The notes: generated by a model from the letters alone, not told the origin. Positions 1-9,251 are shown, counted from the stretch's first letter. The stretch is 64,000 nt of DNA from Bacillota bacterium (GCA_021324975.1 JAJPIA010000101.1:81301-145300), one strand, 5' to 3'. Made by a program: numbers and translations.

Positions 1-10
1 GCCGGCAGAT

Positions 11-907
11 GTGGCGTTCCGGCGGGCGCGGCGGGTGCGGCTGGACACGCCGCTCCGCCTGCTCAATGTGCCGAGCCTCGTGCTGATCGCCGCGTTTACC
101 CTGGCGCCCATCGTGTACGTGGCGTATCTCAGCACGCTCGACCTGCGCATCGGCGCGCCGGGCTCGGGCGGCTTCGCCGGCTGGGCCAACTATCGCTTCG
201 TGCTGTCGGACGGCGCCGTTGCGGCGGCGTTTCGCAACACGCTGTACTTCGCCGTCCTCTCCGTCGCCGCCGCCACGCTCGCGGGGCTCGGCGTGGCGCT
301 GCTGCTCGACAGCGATGCCCCCGGCACCGGCCTCCTCATGGCCGGCGCCGTGCTCGCCTGGGGCATCCCGGAGATCGTCAACGCCTCGATGTGGCAGTGG
401 ATCTACAATCCGACCTTCGGCTCGCTCAACGGCCTGCTCGTCTCGCTGCACCTCACCGACCGGTACCGCGCATGGCTCAGCACGCCGGTGTCGGCCATGC
501 ACGCCGTCATCTTCGCCTACACGTGGAAGCTCGTGCCGTTCGTGGTCATCATCTTGTACGCCGCGCTGCGGTCCGTGCCCCTCGATTACTACGAGTCCGC
601 CGCGCTCGACGGCGCGGGGCCCTGGGCGCGGTTTCGCTATGTCACGATGCCGTTCATCGCCCCGGCCCTCGCGGTGGCCGTCCTCTTTTGCGTCGTGTGG
701 TCGATGCGGGCGTTCGACATCATCTACGTCCTGACGAGCGGCGGGCCGGGCCAGGCCACGACGGTGCTGAGCTACTTCACGTTCGCCAAGGCGTTCCAGT
801 TCGGTGACCTCGGCGCCGCCGCGGCCGTGGCCTGCCTGCTGACGCTCGTGACGCTCGCCCTCACGTTCGGGTACTGGCGCGCGCTGCCCCAGGAGGGGGG
901 GTCCTGA
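11..907 (+). CDS. Carbohydrate ABC transporter permease (MalF-like)
   Basis: Multiple TM segments; EAA loop YYESAALDGAGPWARF; FDIIYVLTSGGPG motif. Confidence 0.92.
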   Translation: MAFRRARRVRLDTPLRLLNVPSLVLIAAFTLAPIVYVAYLSTLDLRIGAPGSGGFAGWANYRFVLSDGAVAAAFRNTLYFAVLSVAAATLAGLGVALLLDSDAPGTGLLMAGAVLAWGIPEIVNASMWQWIYNPTFGSLNGLLVSLHLTDRYRAWLSTPVSAMHAVIFAYTWKLVPFVVIILYAALRSVPLDYYESAALDGAGPWARFRYVTMPFIAPALAVAVLFCVVWSMRAFDIIYVLTSGGPGQATTVLSYFTFAKAFQFGDLGAAAAVACLLTLVTLALTFGYWRALPQEGGS

Positions 908-954
908 CGCGCGCGCCCCGGCGCGGCCTCCCGGCTGCGCGCCTCAAGCGCGCC

Positions 955-1806
955 GTGCTCGGGGCGTTCCTCGCGCTGAGCCTCTTCTACCTCCTCGCGC
1001 CGCCTGCGTGGATGGTGATCTCGAGCCTCTCCCCCGACCGGGAGCTCCTCGTCCGGCCGCCGCGCTGGATCCCCGCTGACCTCACCGCCGTGCACTATCG
1101 CACGCTGCTGCGGCTCCCGGGCGGCGACCGAGCGGAGGCGGAGCAGAACCCGCAGATCCAGGCGTTTGCCCGCGCGCTCGTGAACAGCCTCGTGCTGGCG
1201 TCGGCGACCGTCGCCATCTGCCTGCTGTTCGGCTCGGTGTCGGCGTACTCGCTCACCCGGTTCGTTTCCGCGCGCCGCCGCCGGGTGATTCTCTTTTGCC
1301 TGCTGGGCTCGCGGATGCTGCCGGTGATCGTCGTGCTGGTCCCGATCTACATGGGGCTCCAGCGGCTGGGGCTGCTGGACACGCTCTCCGGGCTGATTCT
1401 CGCGGACGCCGGCCTGCTGCTGCCGTTCGTGATCTGGATTTTGGAGGGTTTCTACCGGTCGTTTCCGATCGAGCTGGAGGAAGCCGCGGCCATCGACGGG
1501 TGCAGCCCGACGCGGATCTTCGCGCGGATCGTGCTGCCCTTGTCGACGAACTCGCTGTTCGCCGCCGGCGCGTTTGTCTTCATCGCGGCGTGGTCGGATT
1601 TCATCGTCGCGCTCGTCCTGACCGCCAGCGAGCGGGCCTGGCCGGTCTCGGTCGTGCTCGCCCAGTCGCTCAACGCGATCACGAACCCCAGTTGGGGTCT
1701 GATGAACGCCGCGGGCCTGGTGACCGCGCTGGTGCCGGCCGCGCTGGCGCTCGTGTTTCGCGGGGCCGTCATGCGCGGGCTCCTCGGCGGCGCCCTCAAG
1801 GGCTGA
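955..1806 (+). CDS. Carbohydrate ABC transporter permease (MalG-like); start uncertain
   Basis: ELEEAAAIDGCS EAA loop; C-terminal GLLGGALKG. Confidence 0.92.
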   Translation: MLGAFLALSLFYLLAPPAWMVISSLSPDRELLVRPPRWIPADLTAVHYRTLLRLPGGDRAEAEQNPQIQAFARALVNSLVLASATVAICLLFGSVSAYSLTRFVSARRRRVILFCLLGSRMLPVIVVLVPIYMGLQRLGLLDTLSGLILADAGLLLPFVIWILEGFYRSFPIELEEAAAIDGCSPTRIFARIVLPLSTNSLFAAGAFVFIAAWSDFIVALVLTASERAWPVSVVLAQSLNAITNPSWGLMNAAGLVTALVPAALALVFRGAVMRGLLGGALKG

Positions 1807-1814
1807 CGCGCGCC

Positions 1815-2468
1815 ATGCTCGCGGACCTCGTCACGCTGCGCACCTCGGACGCCGTCGAGCTGGACGGCGCGTTGTACCGGGCGCCCGCGCCGGTGACGCC
1901 GGCGGCGCAGGTGCTCATGGTGCACGGCCTCACCTGGAACTTCTACCGGGGGCCGTCGCGGTGGCTCCCGCCGCGCCTGGCCGGGGCGGGGTACACGTGC
2001 CTCTCGCTGAACATGCGCGACCACGATCTCGCGGAGCCGCGGGACTTCGACCTCGCGCACCACGATCTTCGCGCCGGCATCGACGCGCTCTTCGATCTCG
2101 GGGCCCACACCGTGGTCGTGCTCGGGCACGGATACGCCTGCAACAAGATCGTCCGCTACCCGGTGCGGGCGGACGACCACCGCATCGGCCACTGGATCTT
2201 GACCACAATGGGATCGGTGAAGCGGCACCGGCCCGACATCTGGCAGGCCGGCCTCGAAGCCGCGGCCGGGATGACCGGACAGATTCTGGTGGTGCAGGGC
2301 GCGATCGACGCCTCGCTCGAGGGACGGGCCAGAGGCGACGAGCTCGCCGCCGCGGCCTCGAGCGCCCGCGTCGAGGTGCGCCTCCTCAAGAGAGGCAACC
2401 ACTACTTCGATCAGCGTCACGACGAGCTCGCCGCCGCCGTGATCGGATGGCTCCGCGCTACCCTTTGA
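1815..2468 (+). CDS. Alpha/beta-hydrolase-fold protein
   Basis: ATG 8 nt after the permease stop; LMVHG oxyanion motif, VLGHGYA elbow, QGAID, GNHYF. Confidence 0.7.
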   Translation: MLADLVTLRTSDAVELDGALYRAPAPVTPAAQVLMVHGLTWNFYRGPSRWLPPRLAGAGYTCLSLNMRDHDLAEPRDFDLAHHDLRAGIDALFDLGAHTVVVLGHGYACNKIVRYPVRADDHRIGHWILTTMGSVKRHRPDIWQAGLEAAAGMTGQILVVQGAIDASLEGRARGDELAAAASSARVEVRLLKRGNHYFDQRHDELAAAVIGWLRATL

Positions 2469-2630
2469 GCGATCCCGCCGTAAGCCCGCGCATGAAGTAG
2501 CGGCCGAGGAACACGCACATCAGGAGCGGCGGGAGCGCGGCGAGCAACGCCCCGCCCATCTGCACGTTCCACTCGACGACGTAGCTGCCGGCGAGGTTGT
2601 TGAGCGCCACCGTGATCGGCTGCATGGGCT
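2458..2630 (-). pseudogene. C-terminal remnant of a MalG-like ABC permease, frameshifted
   Basis: Manual translation: QPITVALNNLAGSYVVEWNVQM / ALLAALPPLLMCVFLGRYFMRGLTAGSLKG*. Confidence 0.8.
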
Positions 2631-2631
2631 G

Positions 2632-3138
2632 CTACTGCCGCGGGGCGAACACGCCGACCGCGTCGACCTTGTGGTAGTGATCTGTACCGACCAGCATCGA
2701 CACCGCAAACTGGATGCCGCGCTCGTCGTAGATCATGCGAATGCTGTTACCGACCGGCACCATGCGCGACGGGACGCCGAGCCGGTCCTGAACCTCGTCC
2801 ATGTCGGTCCCGTAACCGAAGCCCTCGGCGGTCACAACGCCCGGCATCGCCGCGCCGACGTAGTAGACCGTGCCCGCGCTGTTGGTCTCCACGAAGACGT
2901 GCCGGTCGCGCCAGCTGTATCCGTGCGTCCCGTTGGGCTCAGAAATCCCCGGCTCCAAGAGGTTATCCGACGGCATCGGCTCCCCGAGCATCTGCGCGAC
3001 CGTGGCGATGCTCATGCCGAGCTTGATCGGCCCGATGCCGACGCCGGGCACGACGAGGTAGCGCGTCTGCTGCGCCGCGGCTGGGGATGCGGTCAACAGC
3101 ACCGCGCACACAATCGCTGCGAGGCGCGTCCCCACCAT
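2632..3138 (-). CDS. Hypothetical secreted protein
   Basis: Signal peptide ending AAA-Q; VPGVGIGPIKLGMS followed by a related second half (T.EGFGYGT...LG.P). Confidence 0.7.
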   Translation of the reverse strand: MVGTRLAAIVCAVLLTASPAAAQQTRYLVVPGVGIGPIKLGMSIATVAQMLGEPMPSDNLLEPGISEPNGTHGYSWRDRHVFVETNSAGTVYYVGAAMPGVVTAEGFGYGTDMDEVQDRLGVPSRMVPVGNSIRMIYDERGIQFAVSMLVGTDHYHKVDAVGVFAPRQ

Positions 3139-3548
3139 GTGCCTCCGTTCGCCGCTCCCGAGAAATGCCACCATCAGCATACCCAAATTGGCGCCGCGCA
3201 TACCGTGCGCCGCGGGCGCGGCACGATGGTCCGCGGATACCAGCGGCGCCGCGTTGTTCGCGGACCGTCGAAAGGGACGAACCCCGCGCGCGCGAAAGTG
3301 CGACGGGCGGGTTCGCCGGAGGTGTGTGGGAATGCGTCCTGCTGGTGTCGGTGAAGCTGATTCTCAACGGCTTTCAGGTGCACACGCACATGCAGCGCGT
3401 CGAGGCGCAGCTCATCGAACTGCGAGATCTCCTGCAACAGCCGCGGCCGGCGCCCCGGCTGCGATCCGGCGCGGTGCACGACATCGATCCGTCCGGTCCA
3501 CGCTGAGCACCGGCGGCTCGATTGTGTGCGCGCGCCCGGCGCTGTGCC

Positions 3549-3683
3549 TCAGCGCGCCTTGCGCCGCTTGGTCGCTCGCTTGGCTACGGCCGCGCGCGCG
3601 ACCCGGCGCTTCGCCCCCGTTCGCCGCGTACGCTTGCCCTTGAGCTTGGGTTTGGCAGAGCCGGCGCCGTTGCTCCCTGGCAT
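3549..3683 (-). CDS. 44-aa highly basic peptide (protamine/histone-H1-like composition)
   Basis: RBS GAGGAG 5 nt before ATG; MPGSNGAGSAKPKLKGKRTRRTGAKRRVARAAVAKRATKRRKAR*; below the ORF-track size cutoff. Confidence 0.65.
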   Translation of the reverse strand: MPGSNGAGSAKPKLKGKRTRRTGAKRRVARAAVAKRATKRRKAR

Positions 3684-3752
3684 AGTCTCTCCTCGTTGGA
3701 CCACGATCGTGTCTGTGCCGCCCGCTTGGCACGCGCTCGTCGTTCGCTGCTT

Positions 3753-6404
3753 TCATGGGCGCGCGCGGTTCTCCTGCTCACCGCGCTCAGCCTCCTCCAG
3801 CGCGCGCTCCATGGTGAGGGCGCGTCCGGTGGCCCAGGCGGCGGTGAAGACGTCCGGCGTAGCTGCCTCGCGCGCGGCCGCGACTTCTCGATCGTAGTCG
3901 CCGCGATCCGACGGCGGGAGCGGCGCGCCCAGCGATTCACGCAAGGCTTCCGCGGCGCCGAAAAGACGCGCCGCCTTCACCGCATGGCCGCGCGCCCCGG
4001 CCAGCCCGGCGAACCGTTCGAGCTGATTGGCCAGGCCGAGCGTGTCGCCGATCTCGCGTCGCAGGCCCAGGCCCCGGGTGAGCTGTGCGCGCGCCGCCGC
4101 GTGGTCTCCCTGCCGGTAGGCAACCCATCCAAGGTTGGTCAGCGCCATGGCAATGTGCTGTTTGTCTTCGTGCCGCTCCCAGATCTCGAGCGCTTGGCTT
4201 AGGAGCCGCGTCGCCTCGGCATAGTCACCTTGGCGAAACGCGGCGCGGCCGAGATTGTGGAGCGCCAGGGCTACGCCCCACTCATCGCCGAGCTCGCGTC
4301 GCAGCGCGAGGCTCTCCCCGAGCAGCGCCCGCTCCGAGGCCACGTCCCCTTCCCCGGCCGCGACGAACGCGAGGTTGCCGAGGATCGTGGCGACGCCGCG
4401 GCCGTCGCCCAGCGTCCGCCACAAGGCGAGGCCCTGCTCGTAGAACCGGCGGCCCCCGGCGTAGTCGGCCTGTCCAAAGACGGCGAGGTTGCCCGCCGCG
4501 TTGAGCGCCTCCGCCCGCACGGGCCCAGGCGCGTCCGCGCCGGCCTGGAGCAGCGCGTGCAACCACTGCCGGCCTTCCGCAAAGTAGCCGCGGACGAACC
4601 AAAACCGCCACGCCGCGCCGACCAGCCGCAGGCCCGCCTCCGCGCGGCCGCTCCGGAGCGCCCACTCCAGCGCCGTCCTGAGGTTATCGTGCTCGGTCTC
4701 GAACCGCTCGAACCACGCGGCCTGCGTCGAGCCGACGAGACCCGGGGCCGCGCGCTCCGCAAGCTCGACGTACCATTGGAGGTGCCGGTCCGAAACGGCC
4801 GCGGCCTCTCGCGACTCGTGGAGGCGTTCGGCGCTGTATTGGCGGACCGTTTCCAGGAACCGGTAGCGCATGGTTCCCGCGTGCTCCTCCGCTTGGACCA
4901 GCGACCTCAAGACGAGCTGACTCAGCAGGTCCAGCACGGCGAGCGGCCGGTCCTCCGTGGTCTCGCAGACTCTTTCCGCCGCCTCGAGCGTCCAGCCGCC
5001 GGCGAACACCGCGAGACGCCGCAGCAGTGTCTGCTCGCCGGGCGAGAGCAGCTGGTATCCCCAGTCGATCACGGCGCGGAGCGTCTGATGGCGCGCCGGC
5101 GCTGTGCGGCTTCCCTGCTTGAGCAACGACAGCCGATCCTCGAGCCGCTTCGCGAGCTCCGACACCGGGAGCGCCGCGACGCGGGCGGCGGCGAGCTCAA
5201 TGGCCAGCGGGATCCCGTCGAGCCGGCGGCAGACCTCCACGACCGCCGGGGCGTTCTCGGGGGTGAGGGCAAATGCGGGCTGGGCCGCCGCTGCCCGCTC
5301 CGCGAACAACCTCACGGCCTCCGACGCGGGAGCGGTGGCCGCGGTGACCGGCACTCCAGCCGCCGGCAACGACAGCGACGGGACGCGCATCGTGATCTCG
5401 CCGGGGATCCTGAGCGGCTCGCGGCTGGTCGCGAGCACCCGCACGCGCTCGCACGCGCCGAGGATGGCGCCGATTGCGGCCGCGCAGGCGTCGATCACAT
5501 GCTCGCAGTTGTCCATCACCAGCACCATCGCACGATCGCGAAGCGCCTCGGTGAGCCCGGTCAACCAGGGCCGGCCCGGCATTTCCCGCACGCCGAATGT
5601 CGCGGCCACGGTCTGCACGACGAGCCTGGGGTCGGTCAGGGAGGCGAGCTCGACGAGCCACACCCCATCCGGATACTGCGGCACGAGATCCGCGCCGACC
5701 CGGAGCGCAAGGCGCGTCTTGCCGCAGCCGCCGGTCCCGGTCAGGGTGACGAGACGGCTCGTGGCGAGGACGCGGCCGACCTCGGTCCGCTCCCGGTCGC
5801 GCCCGACGAAGCTGGAGAGTTCCGGGGGGAGATTGTGACGCCGTGCCGGCAGCGCCCGGAGCGGGGGAAAGTCAACCGCGAGCGCCGGTGACATCACCTG
5901 GAAGATCTGTTCCGGCTGGCGCAGGTCTTTGAGCCGGTGGATGCCGAGGTCCCGCAGGCCGAGTTCCGGCGGCAGCGAGCCCGTCACCAAACCCTCGGTC
6001 GCCCGCGACATCAGGATTTGGCCGCCGTGCGCCGCATTGCAGATACGGGCGGCCCGGTGGACATCGAGCCCGATGTACTCACCCGCCACCCGCACCGGCT
6101 CCCCGGTGTGCACGCCCATCCGCACGCGTAGACGCGTCTCCGGCGGCCACGCGTGCTCGGTGAGCGCACGCTGCGCCGCCACCGCCGCGACCACGGCCGC
6201 GCGGGCGCTGGCAAACGCCACCAGGATCGCGTCTCCCGCCACGTCCATCTGGGTGCCGCCCTGCCGTGCAAACTCTGCGTGGAGCACGCGGCGGTGCTCG
6301 TCGAGCAGGTCGGCATACCGGGCGTCACCGAGATGCTGGAGCAGGTTGGTGGAACCTTCGATATCGGTGAAGACGAACGTGACGATCCGTGAGCGGCCGG
6401 ACAT
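3753..6404 (-). CDS. Class III nucleotide cyclase - STAND (NB-ARC-like) ATPase - TPR protein; alternative start 6461
   Basis: FTDIEGST, GDA, RMGVHTG, HRAARI; Walker A GTGGCGKT; DNCEH; GIPLAIELAA; C-terminal TPRs. Confidence 0.92.
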   Translation of the reverse strand: MSGRSRIVTFVFTDIEGSTNLLQHLGDARYADLLDEHRRVLHAEFARQGGTQMDVAGDAILVAFASARAAVVAAVAAQRALTEHAWPPETRLRVRMGVHTGEPVRVAGEYIGLDVHRAARICNAAHGGQILMSRATEGLVTGSLPPELGLRDLGIHRLKDLRQPEQIFQVMSPALAVDFPPLRALPARRHNLPPELSSFVGRDRERTEVGRVLATSRLVTLTGTGGCGKTRLALRVGADLVPQYPDGVWLVELASLTDPRLVVQTVAATFGVREMPGRPWLTGLTEALRDRAMVLVMDNCEHVIDACAAAIGAILGACERVRVLATSREPLRIPGEITMRVPSLSLPAAGVPVTAATAPASEAVRLFAERAAAAQPAFALTPENAPAVVEVCRRLDGIPLAIELAAARVAALPVSELAKRLEDRLSLLKQGSRTAPARHQTLRAVIDWGYQLLSPGEQTLLRRLAVFAGGWTLEAAERVCETTEDRPLAVLDLLSQLVLRSLVQAEEHAGTMRYRFLETVRQYSAERLHESREAAAVSDRHLQWYVELAERAAPGLVGSTQAAWFERFETEHDNLRTALEWALRSGRAEAGLRLVGAAWRFWFVRGYFAEGRQWLHALLQAGADAPGPVRAEALNAAGNLAVFGQADYAGGRRFYEQGLALWRTLGDGRGVATILGNLAFVAAGEGDVASERALLGESLALRRELGDEWGVALALHNLGRAAFRQGDYAEATRLLSQALEIWERHEDKQHIAMALTNLGWVAYRQGDHAAARAQLTRGLGLRREIGDTLGLANQLERFAGLAGARGHAVKAARLFGAAEALRESLGAPLPPSDRGDYDREVAAAREAATPDVFTAAWATGRALTMERALEEAERGEQENRARP

Positions 6405-6535
6405 ATCCGATTCCCCGAAGCGCACCCGTCCCGTCGAGCCGGCGGCGCGTCCATTCCCCATGCGCGACGACGAGCCCTTTTCGGTGAGCCGTCGGGAGGT
6501 CCTGCCGTCGGCGGCCGATTCCCGTCGGGCCGCCG

Positions 6536-7345
6536 TCAGACGGCCGACCGAATGGTCCAGAAGTCGTCGGTGAGGTGCGGCGCCGTGAGGTATGCGTACG
6601 GGAGCAGGAAATAGCCGCCCCGTCCCCAGCGGCTGCCCCAGGAGTTGCGCACGAGCAGGCGGCGTGCGCCGTCCTCGTACCCGACGGCGAGGACACTGTG
6701 GCCCCGCCCGAGGTGGCGATCGCGTTGCGTAGGCAGCGGCGCCACACCCGACCGCGCGACGGCCGCGGTCTCGAAGCTCGAGTAGACCACCATGCCGAAC
6801 AGCACGGGATGCCCGGACGCCAGGCAGGCCCGCACCGCGGTCAGCCGTCCGTCCCGCGCCAGGCGATGATAACGGATCGCGCGGTGCGGCGCGGCGGCCC
6901 GAAAACAGCGCGGCGGAGGAGCGAGCTCAAACCGCGGCACCTCGTACGGCCATAGTGTCTCCGCGCAGACCCCATGCCGCGCGACACACTTCAACGCGTC
7001 GCGGATCGACGATCCGGTATCGCACCGCGCAAATCCGCGTGCCGCGCGGGTGTTGTAGTAGATGAACATGCGCGAGGGGACAAAATCGGGCGCGAGGGCC
7101 TCCCGCCGCCGCAGGTACTGAAGCGCCGCCGCGACCGCGTTGGCGGTGCAACTCTCCAACTGGCCCTGATCGTAGACCGGCGGGCACTGTGGGCGGAGGT
7201 CAACACGACGCGGCAGCCGCCGCGCGAGGGCGGCGGGCCATGTGTAGGGGACGTCCCGCCGGTCGGGAAGGTCCCGGACCCATCCATAGTAATGTCGCCG
7301 TCGACGGCCCGCCTGCCGCGACCGGGCGGCCTCGCGCGCACTCAG
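6536..7345 (-). CDS. C1A papain-like cysteine peptidase without signal peptide; start uncertain (possibly CTG overlapping the crp stop)
   Basis: YGW..DLPD.RD; VDLR; QGQLESCTA (Gln/Cys), GHSVLAVGY (His), RNSWG (Asn). Confidence 0.88.
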   Translation of the reverse strand: MSAREAARSRQAGRRRRHYYGWVRDLPDRRDVPYTWPAALARRLPRRVDLRPQCPPVYDQGQLESCTANAVAAALQYLRRREALAPDFVPSRMFIYYNTRAARGFARCDTGSSIRDALKCVARHGVCAETLWPYEVPRFELAPPPRCFRAAAPHRAIRYHRLARDGRLTAVRACLASGHPVLFGMVVYSSFETAAVARSGVAPLPTQRDRHLGRGHSVLAVGYEDGARRLLVRNSWGSRWGRGGYFLLPYAYLTAPHLTDDFWTIRSAV

Positions 7346-8058
7346 GAGAGTTCCGCCCGCAACCGTTCCGGATCGACCACGATGAGGCGCTGCCGTTCGT
7401 GGCGGATCAGTCCCCTGTCCGTGTAGTACCGCAGCCACTTGTTGACGCTTTCCCGCGTCGCGCCGACCATCCCGGCCAGATCGCCCTGCGTCAGCCGGGA
7501 TGCGACCGTGACGCCGTGCGGTCCCGAGCGGCCCCGCGTGTCGGCCAGTTCGACCAGCAGCTTCACCAACCGTGTGCGGACGTCGAGAAACACCCCGTCG
7601 TGGATGCGGCTGTCCGCGCCGCGCAGCCTCCGGCTGACCGCGGCAAGCAGCACGAGCGCCGCCTGCGGGTGCGCGGTCAGGAAGCTCGTAAAGGCGTCTC
7701 GCGGCAGGATCCACAGCACGGAGGGCACGGTGGCCACGGCTTCGGCAGACCGGGGTTCGCCGTCAAGGAGCGAGAGCTCGCCGAGAAAATCGCCTCGGCC
7801 GAACAGCGCGAGCACGACCTCGTCCCCGCGAGACGATCCGAGAACGATCTTGACCTCGCCCTCCTCGACGATGTAGAGGGCGGTCCCCGGGTCGCCTTGA
7901 TGGAAGATGACCTCACCGGCGGCGTAGCGGTGCCGCCGCATGAGCGCGGCGACGCCGTCCAGCGACGCCGGCGCCAACTGCGACAGCAGCGGAACCTGCG
8001 CGAGCAGTTCCCGGAGCACCGCGGCGCTGCCTCCGATCGAGGTCGGTTTTCCGTCCAC
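7342..8058 (-). CDS. Crp/Fnr family regulator with cNMP-binding motif
   Basis: FLGELSLLDGEPRSA; HTH TQGDLAGMVGATRESVNK. Confidence 0.93.
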   Translation of the reverse strand: MDGKPTSIGGSAAVLRELLAQVPLLSQLAPASLDGVAALMRRHRYAAGEVIFHQGDPGTALYIVEEGEVKIVLGSSRGDEVVLALFGRGDFLGELSLLDGEPRSAEAVATVPSVLWILPRDAFTSFLTAHPQAALVLLAAVSRRLRGADSRIHDGVFLDVRTRLVKLLVELADTRGRSGPHGVTVASRLTQGDLAGMVGATRESVNKWLRYYTDRGLIRHERQRLIVVDPERLRAELS

Positions 8059-8160
8059 GCGCTCCCTCCACCGCCGCCGGAGCGGCGCATGTCATCCGCC
8101 GGCGCACCCTTCGACGATCACCCGCCCGCACCTCCGCCGCGGCTCGGGCTCGACCTCGAG

Positions 8161-9054
8161 CTACGAGGCGAAATCGGCGAGCGCCCGCCCCCGGCTCAAG
8201 CGCCGCAGCTTGGCGAGGGCTTTGAGCTCCAGCTGCCTCGCTCGTTCGCGCGTGACCCCGAACACCTTGGCCACTTCCTCCAGGGTGCGCGGCTGATTGT
8301 CGTCCAGTCCAAAGCGAAGCATGATGACCTGGCGCTGGCGCATCGGCAGCGCATTCAGCAGGTCCGCAAGGTGCGCTCTCAAGGCGGAGGCAAACGCCGC
8401 CTCGGCCGGATCGGGCGCCGTGGTGTCCTCGAGCAGGTCACCGAGGCATCCGTCCTCGTCGTTCGCGATCGGCGCTTCGAGCGAGACCGGCATCCGCGCG
8501 ACTTGCTGCGCCGCGCGCACCCGCGCAACCGGGTGGTCCATGCGCTCCTCGATCTCTTCGGCGCTCGGCTCGCGCCCCAGCTCTTGCGCCAGATGCTGTT
8601 GGACGCGGGTCAGCTTGTTTACCTGGAGCGCCATGTGCACGGGAATCCGGATCGGCCGGCTGTGGACGCCCCGGGCCCGCACGAGCGCCTGCCGGATCCA
8701 CCAGGTCGCGTACGTCGCGAACCGGTGGCCGCGGCGCCAGTCGAACCGCGCGACGGCCTGCATGAGCCCGAGGTTGCCTTCCTGGATGAGGTCGGACAGC
8801 GCGACGCCGGCGCCCGCGTATCGCCTGGCGAGGCTCACGACCAGCCGCAGGTTGGCTTCGATCAGCTGCCGCCGGGCGTCCGCGTCGCCGCCTTCCGCGC
8901 GCCTGGCCAGCTCCACCTCTTCGACCGCCGACAGCAGCCGCACGCGGCCGACTTCGTCTAAATACATGCGGACGAGATCACTCCCGGCACCGTCGCCACC
9001 CAGCAATGGTGCGCGGTCCTCCGCCGTGTGCGCCCCCAGCTGCTCGTGCAGCAT
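8161..9054 (-). CDS. Sigma-70 family sigma factor, RpoD/RpoS-like without region 1.1 (group 2)
   Basis: RBS GGAGG; region 1.2 VRMYLDEVG; ANLRLVVS, DLIQEGNLGL, YATWWIRQA; TLEEV..FGVTRER. Confidence 0.93.
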   Translation of the reverse strand: MLHEQLGAHTAEDRAPLLGGDGAGSDLVRMYLDEVGRVRLLSAVEEVELARRAEGGDADARRQLIEANLRLVVSLARRYAGAGVALSDLIQEGNLGLMQAVARFDWRRGHRFATYATWWIRQALVRARGVHSRPIRIPVHMALQVNKLTRVQQHLAQELGREPSAEEIEERMDHPVARVRAAQQVARMPVSLEAPIANDEDGCLGDLLEDTTAPDPAEAAFASALRAHLADLLNALPMRQRQVIMLRFGLDDNQPRTLEEVAKVFGVTRERARQLELKALAKLRRLSRGRALADFAS

Positions 9055-9220
9055 CCCCTCTCCTCCCCCCGGCCGCCGCCGCGCTTGACCGCAGCGGCCT
9101 CTCGGCCTCCGGCTCTCCCGCGACGAGGCAGGGCCGTTTTGCGCCACGCTCCGCCCAGGTCACGGCCCCACGATAACCGCACCCCGCCGCCGGCTGAAAT
9201 CGCGCGTGTCACACGAGCGG

Positions 9221-9251
9221 TGTGAATTGCGTCACTGTGATGTGCTTCACA
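9221..9251. promoter_or_regulatory. Two back-to-back CRP-type boxes
   Basis: TGTGA-attgcg-TCACT (9221-9236) and perfect TGTGA-tgtgct-TCACA (9236-9251), upstream of the sigma/crp cluster. Confidence 0.8.

Noticed and set aside
1296-1814. N-terminal extensions in the ORF track (also 56904-57527, 62074-62988 and 7346-7714)
   Set aside because: They overlap real genes or a promoter; family resemblance starts at the downstream start
3324-3506. Small plus-strand ORF after GGAGG
   Set aside because: RBS is only 1 nt from the GTG, and there is no recognisable motif
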